Positions 13,034-24,674 of a stretch of DNA of 45,827 nt are shown here, piece after piece. Within the stretch, counting starts at the first letter, position 1; the number at the start of each line of letters is the position of its first letter. Origin of the DNA: Chromera velia (Eukaryota); the NCBI GenBank assembly GCA_018398765.1, contig JAHBMJ010000514.1, positions 1-45,827 of the forward strand, in the 5' to 3' direction. Both the position numbers and the translations under genes were made by a program. The notes under the pieces were generated by a model, which was not told where the DNA came from, did not search any database, and saw only the letters and a list, made by a program, of their open reading frames with translations.

Positions 13034-13459
13034 GTCTTTCTGTCTTTCTGTCTTTCTTTTCTTTCTTTCTTTCTTTTCTTTCTTTCTTTCTTTCGTTCTT
13101 TCTTTCTTTCTTTCTTTCTTGCTATCTTTCTTTCTGTCTTTCTTTCTTTCTTTCTGTCTTTCTTTCTTTCTTTCTTTTCTTTCTTTCTTTCTTTCTTTCT
13201 TTCTTTCGTTCTTTCGTTCTTTCTTTCTTTCTTTCGTTCTTTCTGTCTTTCTGTCTTTCTTTCTTTCTTTCTTTCTGTCTTTCTGTCTTTCTTTCTTTCT
13301 TTCTTTCTTTCTTTTTTGTTTCTTTCTTTCTTTCTTTCTTTCGTTCTTTCGTTCTTTCTTTCTTGTTCTTTCTTTCTTTCTTTCTGTCTTTCTGTCTTTC
13401 TTTCTTTCTTTTCTTTCTTTCTTTCTTTCTTTCGTTCTTTTGTTCTTTCTTTCTTTCTG

Positions 13460-13495
<36 letters not shown>

Positions 13496-14459
13496 TTCTT
13501 TCTTTTCTTTCTTTCTTTCTTTCTTTCGTTCTTTCGTTCTTTCGTTCTTTCTTTCTTTCTTTTCTTTCTGTCTTTCTGTCTTTCTGTCTTTCTGTCTGTC
13601 TTTCTTTCTTTTCTTTCTTTCTTTCTTTCTTTCTTTCTTTGCTTTCTTTCTTTCTTTCGTTCTTTCGTTCTTTCGTTCTTTCGTTCTTTCTTTCTTTCTT
13701 TCTTTCTTTCTTTTCTTTCTTTCTTTCTTTCTTTCTTTCTTTCGTTCTTTCTTTCTTTCTTTCTTTCTTTGTTTCTTTCTGTCTTTCTGTCTTTCTGTCT
13801 TTCTTTCTTTCTTTCTTTCTTTTTTTTCTTTCTTTCTTTTCTTTCTTTCTTTCTTTCGTTCTTGCGTTCTTTCGTTCTTCCGTTCTTTCATTCTTTCTTT
13901 CTTTCTTTCTTTCTTTCTTTTCTTTCTTTCTTTCTTTCTTTTTTTTCTTTCTTTCTTTCTTTCTTTCTTTCTTTCGTTCTTTCGTTCTTTCTTTCTTTCT
14001 TTCTTTCTTTGTTTCTGTCTTTCTATCTTTCTGTCTTTCTGTCTTTTTTTTCTTTCTTTCTTTTCTTTCTTTCTTTCTTTCTTTTCTTTCTTTTCTTTCT
14101 TTCTTTCTTTCTTTCTTTCGTTCTTTCTTTCTTTCTTTCTTTCTGTCTTTCTTTCTTTCTTTTCTTTCTTTCTTTCTTTCTTTCTTTCTGTCTTTCTGTC
14201 TTTCTGTCTTTCTGTCTTTCTTTCTTTCTTTCTTTTCTTTCTTTCTTTCTTTCTTTCTTTTCTTTCTTTATTTCTTTGTTTCTTTCTTTCTTTCTTTCGT
14301 TCTTTTGTTCTTTCTTTCTTTCTTTCTTTCTGTCTTTCTGTCTTTCTGTCTTTCTTTCTTTCTTTTCTTTCTTTCTTTCTTTCTTTCTTTTCTTTCTTTC
14401 TTTCTTTTCTTTCTTTCTTTCTTTCGTTCTTTCTTTCTTTCTTTCTTTCGTTCTTTTGT

Positions 14460-14490
<31 letters not shown>

Positions 14491-14620
14491 GTCTTTCTGT
14501 CTTTCTTTCTTTTCTTTCTTTCTTTCTTTCTTTCTTTCGTTCTTTCGTTCTTTCTTTCTTTCTTTCGTTCTTTCTGTCTTTCTGTCTTTCTGTCTTTCTT
14601 TCTTTCTTTCTGTCTTTCTG

Positions 14621-14664
<44 letters not shown>

Positions 14665-14676
14665 TCGTTCTTTTGT

Positions 14677-14707
<31 letters not shown>

Positions 14708-14791
14708 GTCTTTCTTTCTTTCTTTGTTTCTTTTCTTTCTTTCTTTCTTTCTTTCGTTCTTTCGTTCTTTCTTTCTTTCTTTCTTTCTTTT

Positions 14792-14823
<32 letters not shown>

Positions 14824-14880
14824 TTCTTTCTTTCTTTCTTTCTTTCTTTCGTTCTTTTGTTCTTTCTTTCTGTCTGTCTG

Positions 14881-14911
<31 letters not shown>

Positions 14912-15018
14912 GTCTTTCTTTCTTTCTTTCTGTCTTTTCTTTCTTTCTTTTCTTTCTTTCTTTCGTTCTTTCTTTCTTTGGTTCTTTCTTTCTTTCTTTC
15001 TTTCTTTCTGTCTTTCTG

Positions 15019-15050
<32 letters not shown>

Positions 15051-15368
15051 TCGTTCTTTCGTTCTTTCTTTCTTTCTTTTCTTTCTGCCTTTCTGTCTTT
15101 CTGTCTGTCTTTCTTTCTTTTCTTTCTTTCTTTCTTTCTTTCTTTCTTTGCTTTCTTTCTTTCTTTCTTTCGTTCTTTCGTTCTTTCGTTCTTTCGTTCT
15201 TTCTTTCTTTCTTTCTTTCTTTCTTTTCTTTCTTTCTTTCTTTCTTTCTTTCTTTCGTTCTTTTGTTCTGTCTTTCTTTCTTTCTTTCTTTCTTTCTGTC
15301 TTTCTGTCTTTCTTTCTTTCTTTCTTTCTTTTCTTTCTTTCTTTCTTTTCTTTCTGTCTTTCTTTCGT

Positions 15369-15399
<31 letters not shown>

Positions 15400-16097
15400 G
15401 TCTTTCTGTGTTTCTGTCTTTCTTTCTTTCTTTCTTTCTTTCTTTTCTTTCTTTTCTTTCTTTCTTTCTTTCTTTCTTCTCTTTCTTTCTTTCTTTCTTT
15501 CTTTCTTTCGTTCTTTCGTTCTTTTGTTCTTTCTTTCTTTCTTTCTTTCTTTCTGTCTTTCTGTCTTTCTGTCTTTCTGTCTTTCTGTCTTTCTGTCTTT
15601 CTTTCTGTCTTTCTTTTCTTTCTTTTCTTTCTTTCTTTATTTCTTTCGTTCTTTCGTTCTTTCGTTCTTTCTTTCTTTCTTTTCTTTCTGTCTTTCTGTC
15701 TTTCTGTCTGTCTTTCTTTCTTTTCTTTCGTTCTTTCTTTCTTTCTTTCTTTCTTTNNNNNTTCTTTCGTTCTTTCGTTCTTTCGTTCTTTCTTTCTTTC
15801 TTTCTTTCTTTCTTTTCTTTCTTTCTTTCTTTCTTTCTTTCGTTCTTTCTTTCTTTCTGTCTTTCTTTCTTTCTGTCTTTCTTTCTTTTCTTTCTTTCTT
15901 TCTTTTCTTTCTTTCTTTCTTTCTTTCTTTCTTTTTTTTCTTTCTTTCTTTTCTTTCTTTCTTTCTTTCGTTCTTGCGTTCTTTCGTTCTTCCGTTCTTT
16001 CGTTCTTTCTTTCTTTCTTTCTTTCTTTTCTTTCTTTCTTTCTTTCTGTCTTTCTTTTTTTCCTTTCTTTCTTTCTTTCTTTCTTTCGTTCTTTTGT

Positions 16098-16128
<31 letters not shown>

Positions 16129-16424
16129 GTCTTTCTGTCTTTTTTTTCTTTCTTTCTTTTCTTTCTTTCTTTCTTTCTTTCTTTTCTTTCTTTTCTTTCT
16201 TTCTTTCTTTCTTTCGTTCTTTCTTTCTTTCTTTCTTTCTTTCTGTCTTTCTTTCTTTCTTTTCTTTCTTTGTTTCTTTCGTTCTTTCGTTCTTTCGTTC
16301 TTTCTTTCTTTCTTTCTTTCTGTCTTTCTTTCTTTCTGTCTTTCTGTCTTTCTTTCTTTCTTTCTTTTCTTTCTTTCTTTCTTTCTTTCTTTTCTTTCTT
16401 TCTTTCTTTCTTTCGTTCTTTTGT

Positions 16425-16455
<31 letters not shown>

Positions 16456-16570
16456 GTCTTTCTGTCTTTCTGTCTTTCTGTCTTTCTGTCTGTCTTTCTT
16501 TCTTTCTTTCTTTTCTTTCTTTCTTTCTTTTCTTTCTTTCTTTCGTTCTTTCGTTCTTTCGTTCTTTTGT

Positions 16571-16602
<32 letters not shown>

Positions 16603-16606
16603 TCGT

Positions 16607-16637
<31 letters not shown>

Positions 16638-16665
16638 GTCTTTCTTTCTTTCTTTCTTTGTTTCT

Positions 16666-16732
<67 letters not shown>

Positions 16733-18158
16733 TCGTTCTTTCGTTCTTTCTTTCTGTCTTTCTGTCTTTCTGTCTTTCTGTCTTTCTTTCTTTTCTTTCG
16801 TTCTTTCTTTCTTTCTTTCTTTCTTTCTTTCGTTCTTTCTTTCTTTCTTTCTTTCTCTCTTTCTTCCTTCTTTCCTTCCTTCCTTCCTTTGCTTCTTGCC
16901 CCCTGTTTTCCTGTTGATCTTCTTTCCTTGCCTCCTGCCTTTCTGTCTTTCGTTTTCGACCTGTAGCCAGCACCACCGGAGCTTCGCAGCTCCCGGGGTC
17001 TTGGAAGAGGCATGGCACAAGAAGTAGATAGAGAGAGACAAAATGAATACAGGCACACTCACCCACTCACTTATGCACTCACTTATGCACTCACTCACTC
17101 ACTCACTCACTCACCCGCTCACTCACCCGCTCACTCACCCGCTCACTCACTCACTCACTCACTCACCCGCTCACTCACCCGCTCACTCACAAACTCACTC
17201 ACTCACTCACTCACTCACTCACTCACTCACCCGCTCACTCACCCGCTCACTCACTCACTCACTCACTCACTCACTCACTCACCCGCTCACTCACTCACTC
17301 ACTCACTCACTCACTCATGCATTCATTTTCTCGGTGAAAATTATCAATCAGTTGGTTAATCAATGACTCGACGAGTAAATACACCTGAAGATAAATCACC
17401 CAACCCATCAATCAATCAATCAATCAATCGATCAATCGGTTTATGACCCAGCCAGTAATACATAAATTCACTCACACGTGCTCTCACTTACTTGTACACT
17501 GAGTGGGACGCGGAATATAAAGAAGAAAAGACAATTAAGTCTTTTCTCTCACGAACACACACTTGAAAATATCGTGACGGTCTTCACTGTTGAAAGAGTC
17601 GACTGACCTTCCGCGTGGAGGTTCGTGGACGAGAGAGTGTGCTCTCTCTCTCGGGGAGCTCGCGGACACTATGCAGACGCTGTCTCCGTTCTTTCCTCCG
17701 CCAGGGGGGGAGGGGGGAGGTCCCAGGACCCCAGGCTCCCTCACAAAGGTCAGCTCACCGAAGGAAGGAAGAGACGGCGCAGGGACAGGTGCAGGGGCAG
17801 GGGCAGGCGAAGGCGAAGGCTCAGGCAGTGCATCCTGAGGGGGCGCAGGCGGGGACGCGGACGTGGACGCGGACGGCACCACTGGCAGAGGGGCAGACAG
17901 CGCAGGCGGGGACGCGGACGCGGACGCGGACGGCACCACTGGCAGAGGGGCAGACAGCGCAGGCGGCGCAGGCGGGGACGCAGACGCGGACGCCACCAGA
18001 GTCTCCGTGGTGGTCGGAGACCCGCGAATACCCGAGAATCTCTGCACACTTTGTGAACGCACAGGGAGAAGCGTAAAGATTAGTCGAGAAAACCCAAACG
18101 CCCCTTTGAAAATGTTAATGGCCGCCTGGGGAGGGGAGTGGAGGGGCAAGCACGCACA

Positions 18159-18201
<43 letters not shown>

Positions 18202-18213
18202 AGACACACACAA

Positions 18214-18245
<32 letters not shown>

Positions 18246-18304
18246 ACACACACACACACTCACACACACATACCCCCACACACACACAGACACACACACA
18301 CACA

Positions 18305-18341
<37 letters not shown>

Positions 18342-19132
18342 ACATACACGCACACACACACACTTTTACACTCATGCGGAAAAAATGGTAGGGCTCCGAA
18401 ATGAAATCAGCGGAGAAGGCTCCAAGCGAATTACAACTCAATTTCCGTAATTGGAGGGAGGCTGAAGAGGGGCTCACAGCAAGTAGAGCTGGGATGGAGA
18501 CTTCGCTAGCCTCTCATTGAATTCGAAACGCATGTGCACTGCCATACATGCATCTACATCGATTCGGCTGCATGGATACTTGATTCATTCAGTCACAAAA
18601 GCTTAGGTCGACGTCATTCTTTTTGTATGGAGCTCTTGCGTTCGGATGGGCAGTGAAGGTAGCTGTAATTGCACACGCAAATCTGTCATGGCCTGCATGC
18701 TGGAAGCCACGCACTGACCACCCTTCTTGCCACCACATTCCCAGCTTCCCTGGCTTGGGCCTCACGGAGCCTCCTTCGAAGCTCCTCCACCATTCCCACC
18801 AGATGTGCAATCTGATCACCATTGTGGCGCTCTCGCGCCCGAGCCTTGCCTTCCAACTGCAATGAAGGCAAAAAAAATCAGTGAGATCAAGACATGTGTC
18901 TTCATTTTCAGACCCTAGCGGGTTTCATTGTCGATGAGAGCCCCTGCCTGCCTGCCTGCCTGCGTGTCTGGGTCTTTTGTTCAACATCCACAGTTTCTCC
19001 TCGGTTTGATGGCCTTTCGATTTTCTTTGAAATTATCCTGAAAAATGGTGATTCAGTGATACAGGACCCTAAGCTCCCTGATATTACGCATTCAGAAAAG
19101 TCTTCAAATGTGTAGCTGTGTGCGTGCTTGCA

Positions 19133-19204
<72 letters not shown>

Positions 19205-19551
19205 TGTGTGTTCAATCAAATTTTCATCCTTTCTCTTCTCAACACCAAGCAGTCCAATCAGACGCGTCAGAATCTCCAGTTGGAAGATCCTCATGCATGC
19301 ACCGAATTGAAATTGAGGAGACAGAGGCTGAGGAAAAGGACTGACGTGTTCGATTGTGTCGAGCGCAACGGCCAGCTCACCTTCGAGCTGTTCTGCCCTG
19401 CGGGTTCCCAACTCGACACGCAGATTCAGCCGGCGGACGTTGGCTGCAAACCAAACTCACGGAAGATCGATCTCCATCGCAGAGACGAACCTCGACGCAC
19501 TGCCAGGCCGGCACATACACATATACACATACATAGTACATACCACATACA

Positions 19552-19590
<39 letters not shown>

Positions 19591-19786
19591 AGAGTGTCAC
19601 ACACACCTACCTTGGCAGGTCCGGTACCGCTCCGTGCCACTGAAGGAGACGGATGCAGACCTCATAGAGAATGCCGAGACGGAGACCGATCTCCATTGCG
19701 AGCATCTCCCTCACCCTGTACGCGAAGTCGAGCTTGTCGCTCTCCACGCCGATGAGTCTCTGGAGCCATGTGGAGGCGACAGACAT
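11065..19786 (-). CDS. Hypothetical multi-exon gene or pseudogene (coiled-coil plus Pro/Ala-rich protein); model incomplete
   Basis: Minus-strand segments with GT-AG boundaries: 19611-19786 ([11 protein letters not shown]...), then the phase-compatible chain 19346-19443 ([11 protein letters not shown]...), 18719-18856 ([11 protein letters not shown]...) and 17563-18125 (Pro-rich). Also about 11297-11460 ([17 protein letters not shown]) spliced to 11065-11142 (VDCL...CIRLF*). I could not phase the first exon to the second, nor the junctions across the satellite. Confidence 0.4.
11791..16858. repeat. About 5.1-kb compound (TTTC)n satellite with TTCG/TGTC variants
   Basis: Read directly. Includes a 5-N gap at 15757-15761. 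It produces the spurious ORFs of over 1700 aa. Confidence 0.98.
17055..17317. repeat. (CACT)n microsatellite with CACCCGCT variants
   Basis: Read directly from the sequence. Confidence 0.92.
17843..17995. repeat. 57-bp tandem minisatellite (about 2.5 copies)
   Basis: Units start at 17843, 17900 and 17957. The 19-codon period preserves frame ([19 protein letters not shown] on the minus strand). Confidence 0.85.
18154..18363. repeat. (CA)n microsatellite
   Basis: Read directly from the sequence. Confidence 0.92.
19136..19210. repeat. (TG)n microsatellite
   Basis: Read directly; nearly perfect. Confidence 0.92.
19609..19784. repeat. 176-bp dispersed repeat, copy C, flanked by splice sites (exon 19611-19787 on the minus strand)
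   Basis: Same orientation as copy A, 9305 bp away. Minus-strand acceptor TTTCAG|G ATG and donor AG|GTAGGT. Confidence 0.9.
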
Positions 19787-20244
19787 CCTGAAATGAGAAA
19801 GCAGACACAGAGAACTTTACAGAGAGGCATACACTCCTAGCATACACTCTGGCAGAAGTTGGGCTGCAAGTGTATCTTTCCACTGCAACAGGCTGTCTGA
19901 GGCTGTTCTTTCCGCCATTTGCACTTATAGAAGCAGGATGAAGTGCAACGGGCAAAATAACAAGGCACAGTGCTTTCAGAAGGAACTTGATTTGCGATAC
20001 ATGCTGCAACTGACTCTGTTTTACGGGGCTCTGACACGAAGATGGTGCGCATTCCCGTCTGCCAGATTCCCGTCCATCACAAAGAGTCTTCCTGGGTCGT
20101 CTGTTGCATGAGGGAGGCTAAGTTGCGCACGGCTGATATGCAAAGTCTCTTTGGAAGTTGATTTGTAAGGAAATCAATTCAGATCGAACACGCCTTTGTG
20201 CATCCACACGTACGCAGATCGAGCTGATTTGATCAGAATTGATG

Positions 20245-20288
<44 letters not shown>

Positions 20289-22557
20289 AACATATATACA
20301 CAACTTGATATATATGTATCGAGATACAAGCCCCAATTCAGCAACACATCGATCAGAATCATGCATGCACGTGCAAGCACGCAGTGTTGCAATCATGTTG
20401 CAATCATTAATTGGGTTCAATTCATGCATGCATCATTTGTGCGGGAATACATATATAGTACGTAGTGATCTGTTGTTGCAGCCTTTCTGGGCTAGCTTTC
20501 TGGAGGTAAGAATGAAAAAAAGAGTAAGAGAGGGCTAGATACAATCTGCGAAGGAGATACTCGCCATTTGTCGTCTACCCACATCAAGTGACGAAGAACA
20601 GGCTCGCGATCGACGTGTTCAAAAGCAGGCAACCATGATCCGGTGACCGAAAGTGCAAAAGGTCAGCTCTGGTGCTCTTAACACATTGAAGTTTCATGGA
20701 CATGCCGCTCGGGGGCTAGAGAGAGATAATGAGGGCTAACACAGAGAGGCAGATAGGTGTGCATGCACAGCAGAGAGGGAATTCAGTCTAGACAACACAT
20801 GCAGACACTGCACGCCTGATCGCATCCTCTGTGAGCATGCATCCACTGCTCGCATGGATAAGGCTCGCTATATGGCCTGCTGCTGCTGTGTCTTGGCTGA
20901 CTCGGTCTCTGGACACCTGTAGGGACCAGCTAGTCCTTTAGAGGATTGCGTCGGCTTGCAGAGGAAGGAGCAAGGGGTTTCCCTAGAGAGAATACGCTCT
21001 GCCAGACATGCAGATAGACGGCCAGCTCAGTCTGACTCAGTCATAGTAAGTAGAGGGAGGGATGAAGCATCAGCAAGGCACAATGGGAAGGGGGGAAGGG
21101 GAGGGGAGGGAAAGGGGATCAGACAGGCGCAGAAGAGTGATGGGTGATCGGGCTGTTTCTCTGCCTTGTTCTCTGTTTCTCCGCATTCCAATTGACGGTG
21201 TTTCCGATCCCTCTTTGTCTCTGCTCCCGGTGTTAATTTCTTGCCGGCACGCCTTTCGATCGTGCCCGACGACCTGCTCTTTATTCCTGAGGAGGAGGTG
21301 CGGGCCCAACATTGCCGTTTCCTTTGCTACTCACGCAAAGTGAGTGCATGACAAGGCGTTGGCGGGTGTTCGTTTGTTGAAGAACAGGAAAAAGCCGGCA
21401 TACAGGCATATCATTGGCGCTTCTTTCAATCGTCTGACGGGTTTGACAACTTGCTCTCTTACTATCCCCCATGCAAGCATCGACCAGCTATTTATACAGC
21501 AATTTCTACTTCATTTTAATGTAGATTTTAATATAGACATTTTTAAATGTTTATTCAAAGCTACTTGGTGTTCAATAGTGTTCAAATATGAAATTTATGA
21601 GTTTCAGAATGCTTATGCACAAAACTTTGCACACTCAGCTGGTTTTTGACAAAAACTAGGACAAAAAAGAAGGAATAGGATTGTTATAAATTCGAAGAAA
21701 TTGAGAGTTCAAATTCTAGTCCAAATTCCCAATTCTCACATGTATGCATACTAGTAGTAGTGTGAATTATGCATTTGGAGTCTCATCATTATACTCTCAA
21801 TTCTATGAATACGATAAAGGAATTTCACATTAGCTACTATACCAAATAAATAAACTGCAGACAATTCTAAATACAATTTCAGCTAATAAACTAGGTAATT
21901 GATTAAAGACATCTATTTCAGCTTATGGTTTTAGATTAAAATTCATTTAATATCTAAAATTTTGCATCTCTAAATTAAATTTACTACTAGTAGATTCTCT
22001 ATACACTCATGTTTAATTTGCTAGTTAATTTGTTTAGCGGAAATGGTGATTCATTGGTAAATCTGCTACTACAACTGGTCTTTCAAGAGAATTGGTATAC
22101 ATTTTAGACTTCCGGCTTCTTGATCTGTCAATTGAGCTTTCAACACGCTAGGTTACATTCTGACTCCGAGGTCTTAGACTGCCATTGTCAACTGCATCCT
22201 GCTACAATGATCCCATCAACCCACACGGTCTCCCCCCCTGTCGCCCCGTTACCCCTTTCCCTCCCGTTGGCACGTTCGCACTCATTGAAACACGAGAAGG
22301 TCTGTTCCTGCTTCACGAACAAAAGAACAACTCGCTGTGCTTTTCTGCTCAGCTCTGCAATGCGCATTAGCATGGGCATCAAATGTCCACAATTTCGACA
22401 CCAAAACGGTACCACTCACATCGAACCGAGGCAGCAACAAGAAAGGACGAATGGTAAGACAAATGTCACTGAGAAGAAACAAATGGGGACGCCAGGGAGA
22501 CACTTTTGCTCACCTCCCCCCNNNNNNNNNNCCCCCCATGTCACTAGCCCTTTTGCT

Positions 22558-23973
22558 CTATGACTTGCGGGTAGTCAGGAGCAAAGGTCGCCCCCCCGGC
22601 CCAGCCTCATGGTAGTTCACACGAAAATATTCCCTCACACGCTCGGCAAAGGTACCCCCCGGTGCTGCTGAGGTCGGAACGAATTTCGAGACATCAAAGT
22701 CAGAGAGAGACTCGCGATGCCCCTTGTCAAAAAACACCCCCCTCGCGATGCGCAGGTACATAGGGGGCAGACCTGACGATAGTCTCTCTTGCCAAATGTC
22801 GTCGTTCTCGAGCGGCCGCACCTTCCTCACCTCTGCACTTAGGACGGACCAGTCCTCACTCGACACATACACGCTGTGCCCTCCAAACAAATCACGCAGA
22901 CCCTGCACTTGTGTGAGAATCTTTTGCTCCCCTTCCACCCCAATGTCTTCAGGAGCAAATTTGTATTGTCTGTTCTCTGGCTTTGACCTGCTGCTGTGAC
23001 TACTTTCCCATGAATGCACGTTCACTTTGATCGACATGCAGTTCCACCCCGCGGGGCGGGGGCTCAAGGGAACAGAGAACAAATCTGCCACACCTCCCTG
23101 CAACAACGTACCTGTGGCCACGGAAACAAGACCCCGGAAAACGCGCTTGATCGCGCCTCTGAAACTTGTCACGTTTTTGTGGGGGCCAAAATTTTCGGCC
23201 AACAGAGACAAGCTCACGCAGTGAGTACCCTCCCTCTCCCGCTCCATCTGTTCAACAACGTCCATGCTACACGACCAGTCAACATGACGATCGCGCACCT
23301 TCAGCTTCGGATCGATACTTCTGCTCTTGGGAGGTGGAACATCGAGGAGACGAACTTGGGGGAGGGTTTCGGAGAGACGGCGGGCGTCCGTCTCGCTCCC
23401 CGACCCCTCGCTCCCCTTCCGACCGGCCGTACGACCACGACCCCCCTTCCCCTGGCTCTGCCACCCCCCTCCCTTGCTTGCAACAGTTCTGGTGGGAGAT
23501 GCGAGACCGGAGCATGCTGACTCCGTCTCCAGAGCACGCAGCACCCCCCAGAGGCAGTGCTCGGTATTGCAGGCCACAGTGGGGGCAGACTTTTCTGTGA
23601 AAGTCTGCGTAGCAGGAGCAGGGGAAGGAGCATCTGTTTTTGGCTGGATTGCCGGTCGTGCCTCAACGGACTGCCCTGTGTTTCCAGCGTCTGAGCTGTC
23701 ACGGGATACTCCTGTCTCTCCCGACATCCCGGACTTGGAAGGGTTGGCTGGCTTCGAAGGTGACAAGGTCTCGGCCCAGCCGCGAAGTTCAAAGACGTCG
23801 CGCTTGGTGAGGAGAGGGACATCCTCTAGGAGGTGATCAAGCATTTCCTTGACAGAGGCAAAGCTAGAGGCAATGCCGATGATCATATTTCGGATACGCT
23901 GATCGTCTTTTGGCCATCCCGCGTCCACCAGCTTTCTTGCAAGGCCCTCTGGCAGTGTAGTTTTCCAATCCAT
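22558..23973 (-). CDS. Intronless hypothetical protein, 471 aa
   Basis: Long ATG-initiated ORF in non-repetitive sequence with normal composition. It has a helical-looking N-terminal region of about 70 aa, a Ser/Pro/Gly linker and a globular-looking C-terminal half. No family recognised. Confidence 0.72.
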   Translation of the reverse strand: MDWKTTLPEGLARKLVDAGWPKDDQRIRNMIIGIASSFASVKEMLDHLLEDVPLLTKRDVFELRGWAETLSPSKPANPSKSGMSGETGVSRDSSDAGNTGQSVEARPAIQPKTDAPSPAPATQTFTEKSAPTVACNTEHCLWGVLRALETESACSGLASPTRTVASKGGGWQSQGKGGRGRTAGRKGSEGSGSETDARRLSETLPQVRLLDVPPPKSRSIDPKLKVRDRHVDWSCSMDVVEQMEREREGTHCVSLSLLAENFGPHKNVTSFRGAIKRVFRGLVSVATGTLLQGGVADLFSVPLSPRPAGWNCMSIKVNVHSWESSHSSRSKPENRQYKFAPEDIGVEGEQKILTQVQGLRDLFGGHSVYVSSEDWSVLSAEVRKVRPLENDDIWQERLSSGLPPMYLRIARGVFFDKGHRESLSDFDVSKFVPTSAAPGGTFAERVREYFRVNYHEAGPGGRPLLLTTRKS

Positions 23974-24414
23974 TTTCTTCCGTCTCGCAGTCAGACTGAG
24001 GTGTTTTCTGAACGACGGCAGAGAAGTGCTCAGGAACTTCGAAATGAGATCAGCCAGCTGTCTGTTGACGAAGCCTCACCTTGATTGACCGATTTCAATC
24101 TTGGCTTGTCATCGCTCTTCTGCGGTCCCATGATTGACTCCATGGCAGTACCAGGCAGATCGAACTTTCACAAAACCACACACACAACATTCCAGCCTCA
24201 GTGCAACCGTCACGCATCTGACGCAAGCAAGCTTGCGAACGGCCCCGGAAAGCAAGAAAAATGAGAACTGCTCGATTGACGCACGCCGGCCTGCTGCATT
24301 GGTGCATGGTAGCGCCNGGGAAAAAAGCATGCGCGCGCAGCTTTTCTCCGCGGAACCCCCCCCCCCGCGGGAAAATAGCCCGGATCTGAAACCTATCTGA
24401 CGCACGCATAGCGC

Positions 24415-24674
24415 AAATTCAGCCTTTCAGAGCCGGGTTTGGCCCCGGAAAACGAAGCGGGGGGCACTTACAAAACAAAAATACCCTAGCCCATATTAGC
24501 CCATATGCATGCACACTAGATTTCTTTCACCAAAAACCCGGCCCTGAAAGGTTGAATTTACGTCATGGCCCCGGAAAGCGAAGCGGAACACTTATAAAAC
24601 AAAAATACCCTAGCCCACGCCAGCCCATACCGGCTCATGCACGTTATCTTTCACCAAAAAAAGGCCCCGGAAAG
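24415..24674. repeat. Repeat cluster: two direct units of about 95 bp (24441-24536, 24568-24660) plus a 26-bp inverted pair (24415-24440 / 24534-24559)
   Basis: Units share GGCCCCGGAAA.CGAAGCGG..CACTTA.AAAACAAAAATACCCTAGCCCA...CTTTCACCAAAAA. The inverted arms match at 24/26 positions. Confidence 0.8.

Noticed and set aside
11591..17098. ORFs of 1700-1800 aa, Lys/Glu/Arg-rich or Phe/Leu/Ser-rich, on both strands
   Set aside because: They are translations of the (TTTC)n satellite, which lacks stop codons in most frames.
10304..19784. LTR retrotransposon defined by the 176-bp direct repeats
   Set aside because: No TG...CA ends, primer-binding site, gag/pol motifs or TSD are visible, and the repeat looks like an exon.
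24415..24674. CRISPR-like array
   Set aside because: Only two or three degenerate units, no regular unique spacers, no cas genes, and a eukaryotic context.
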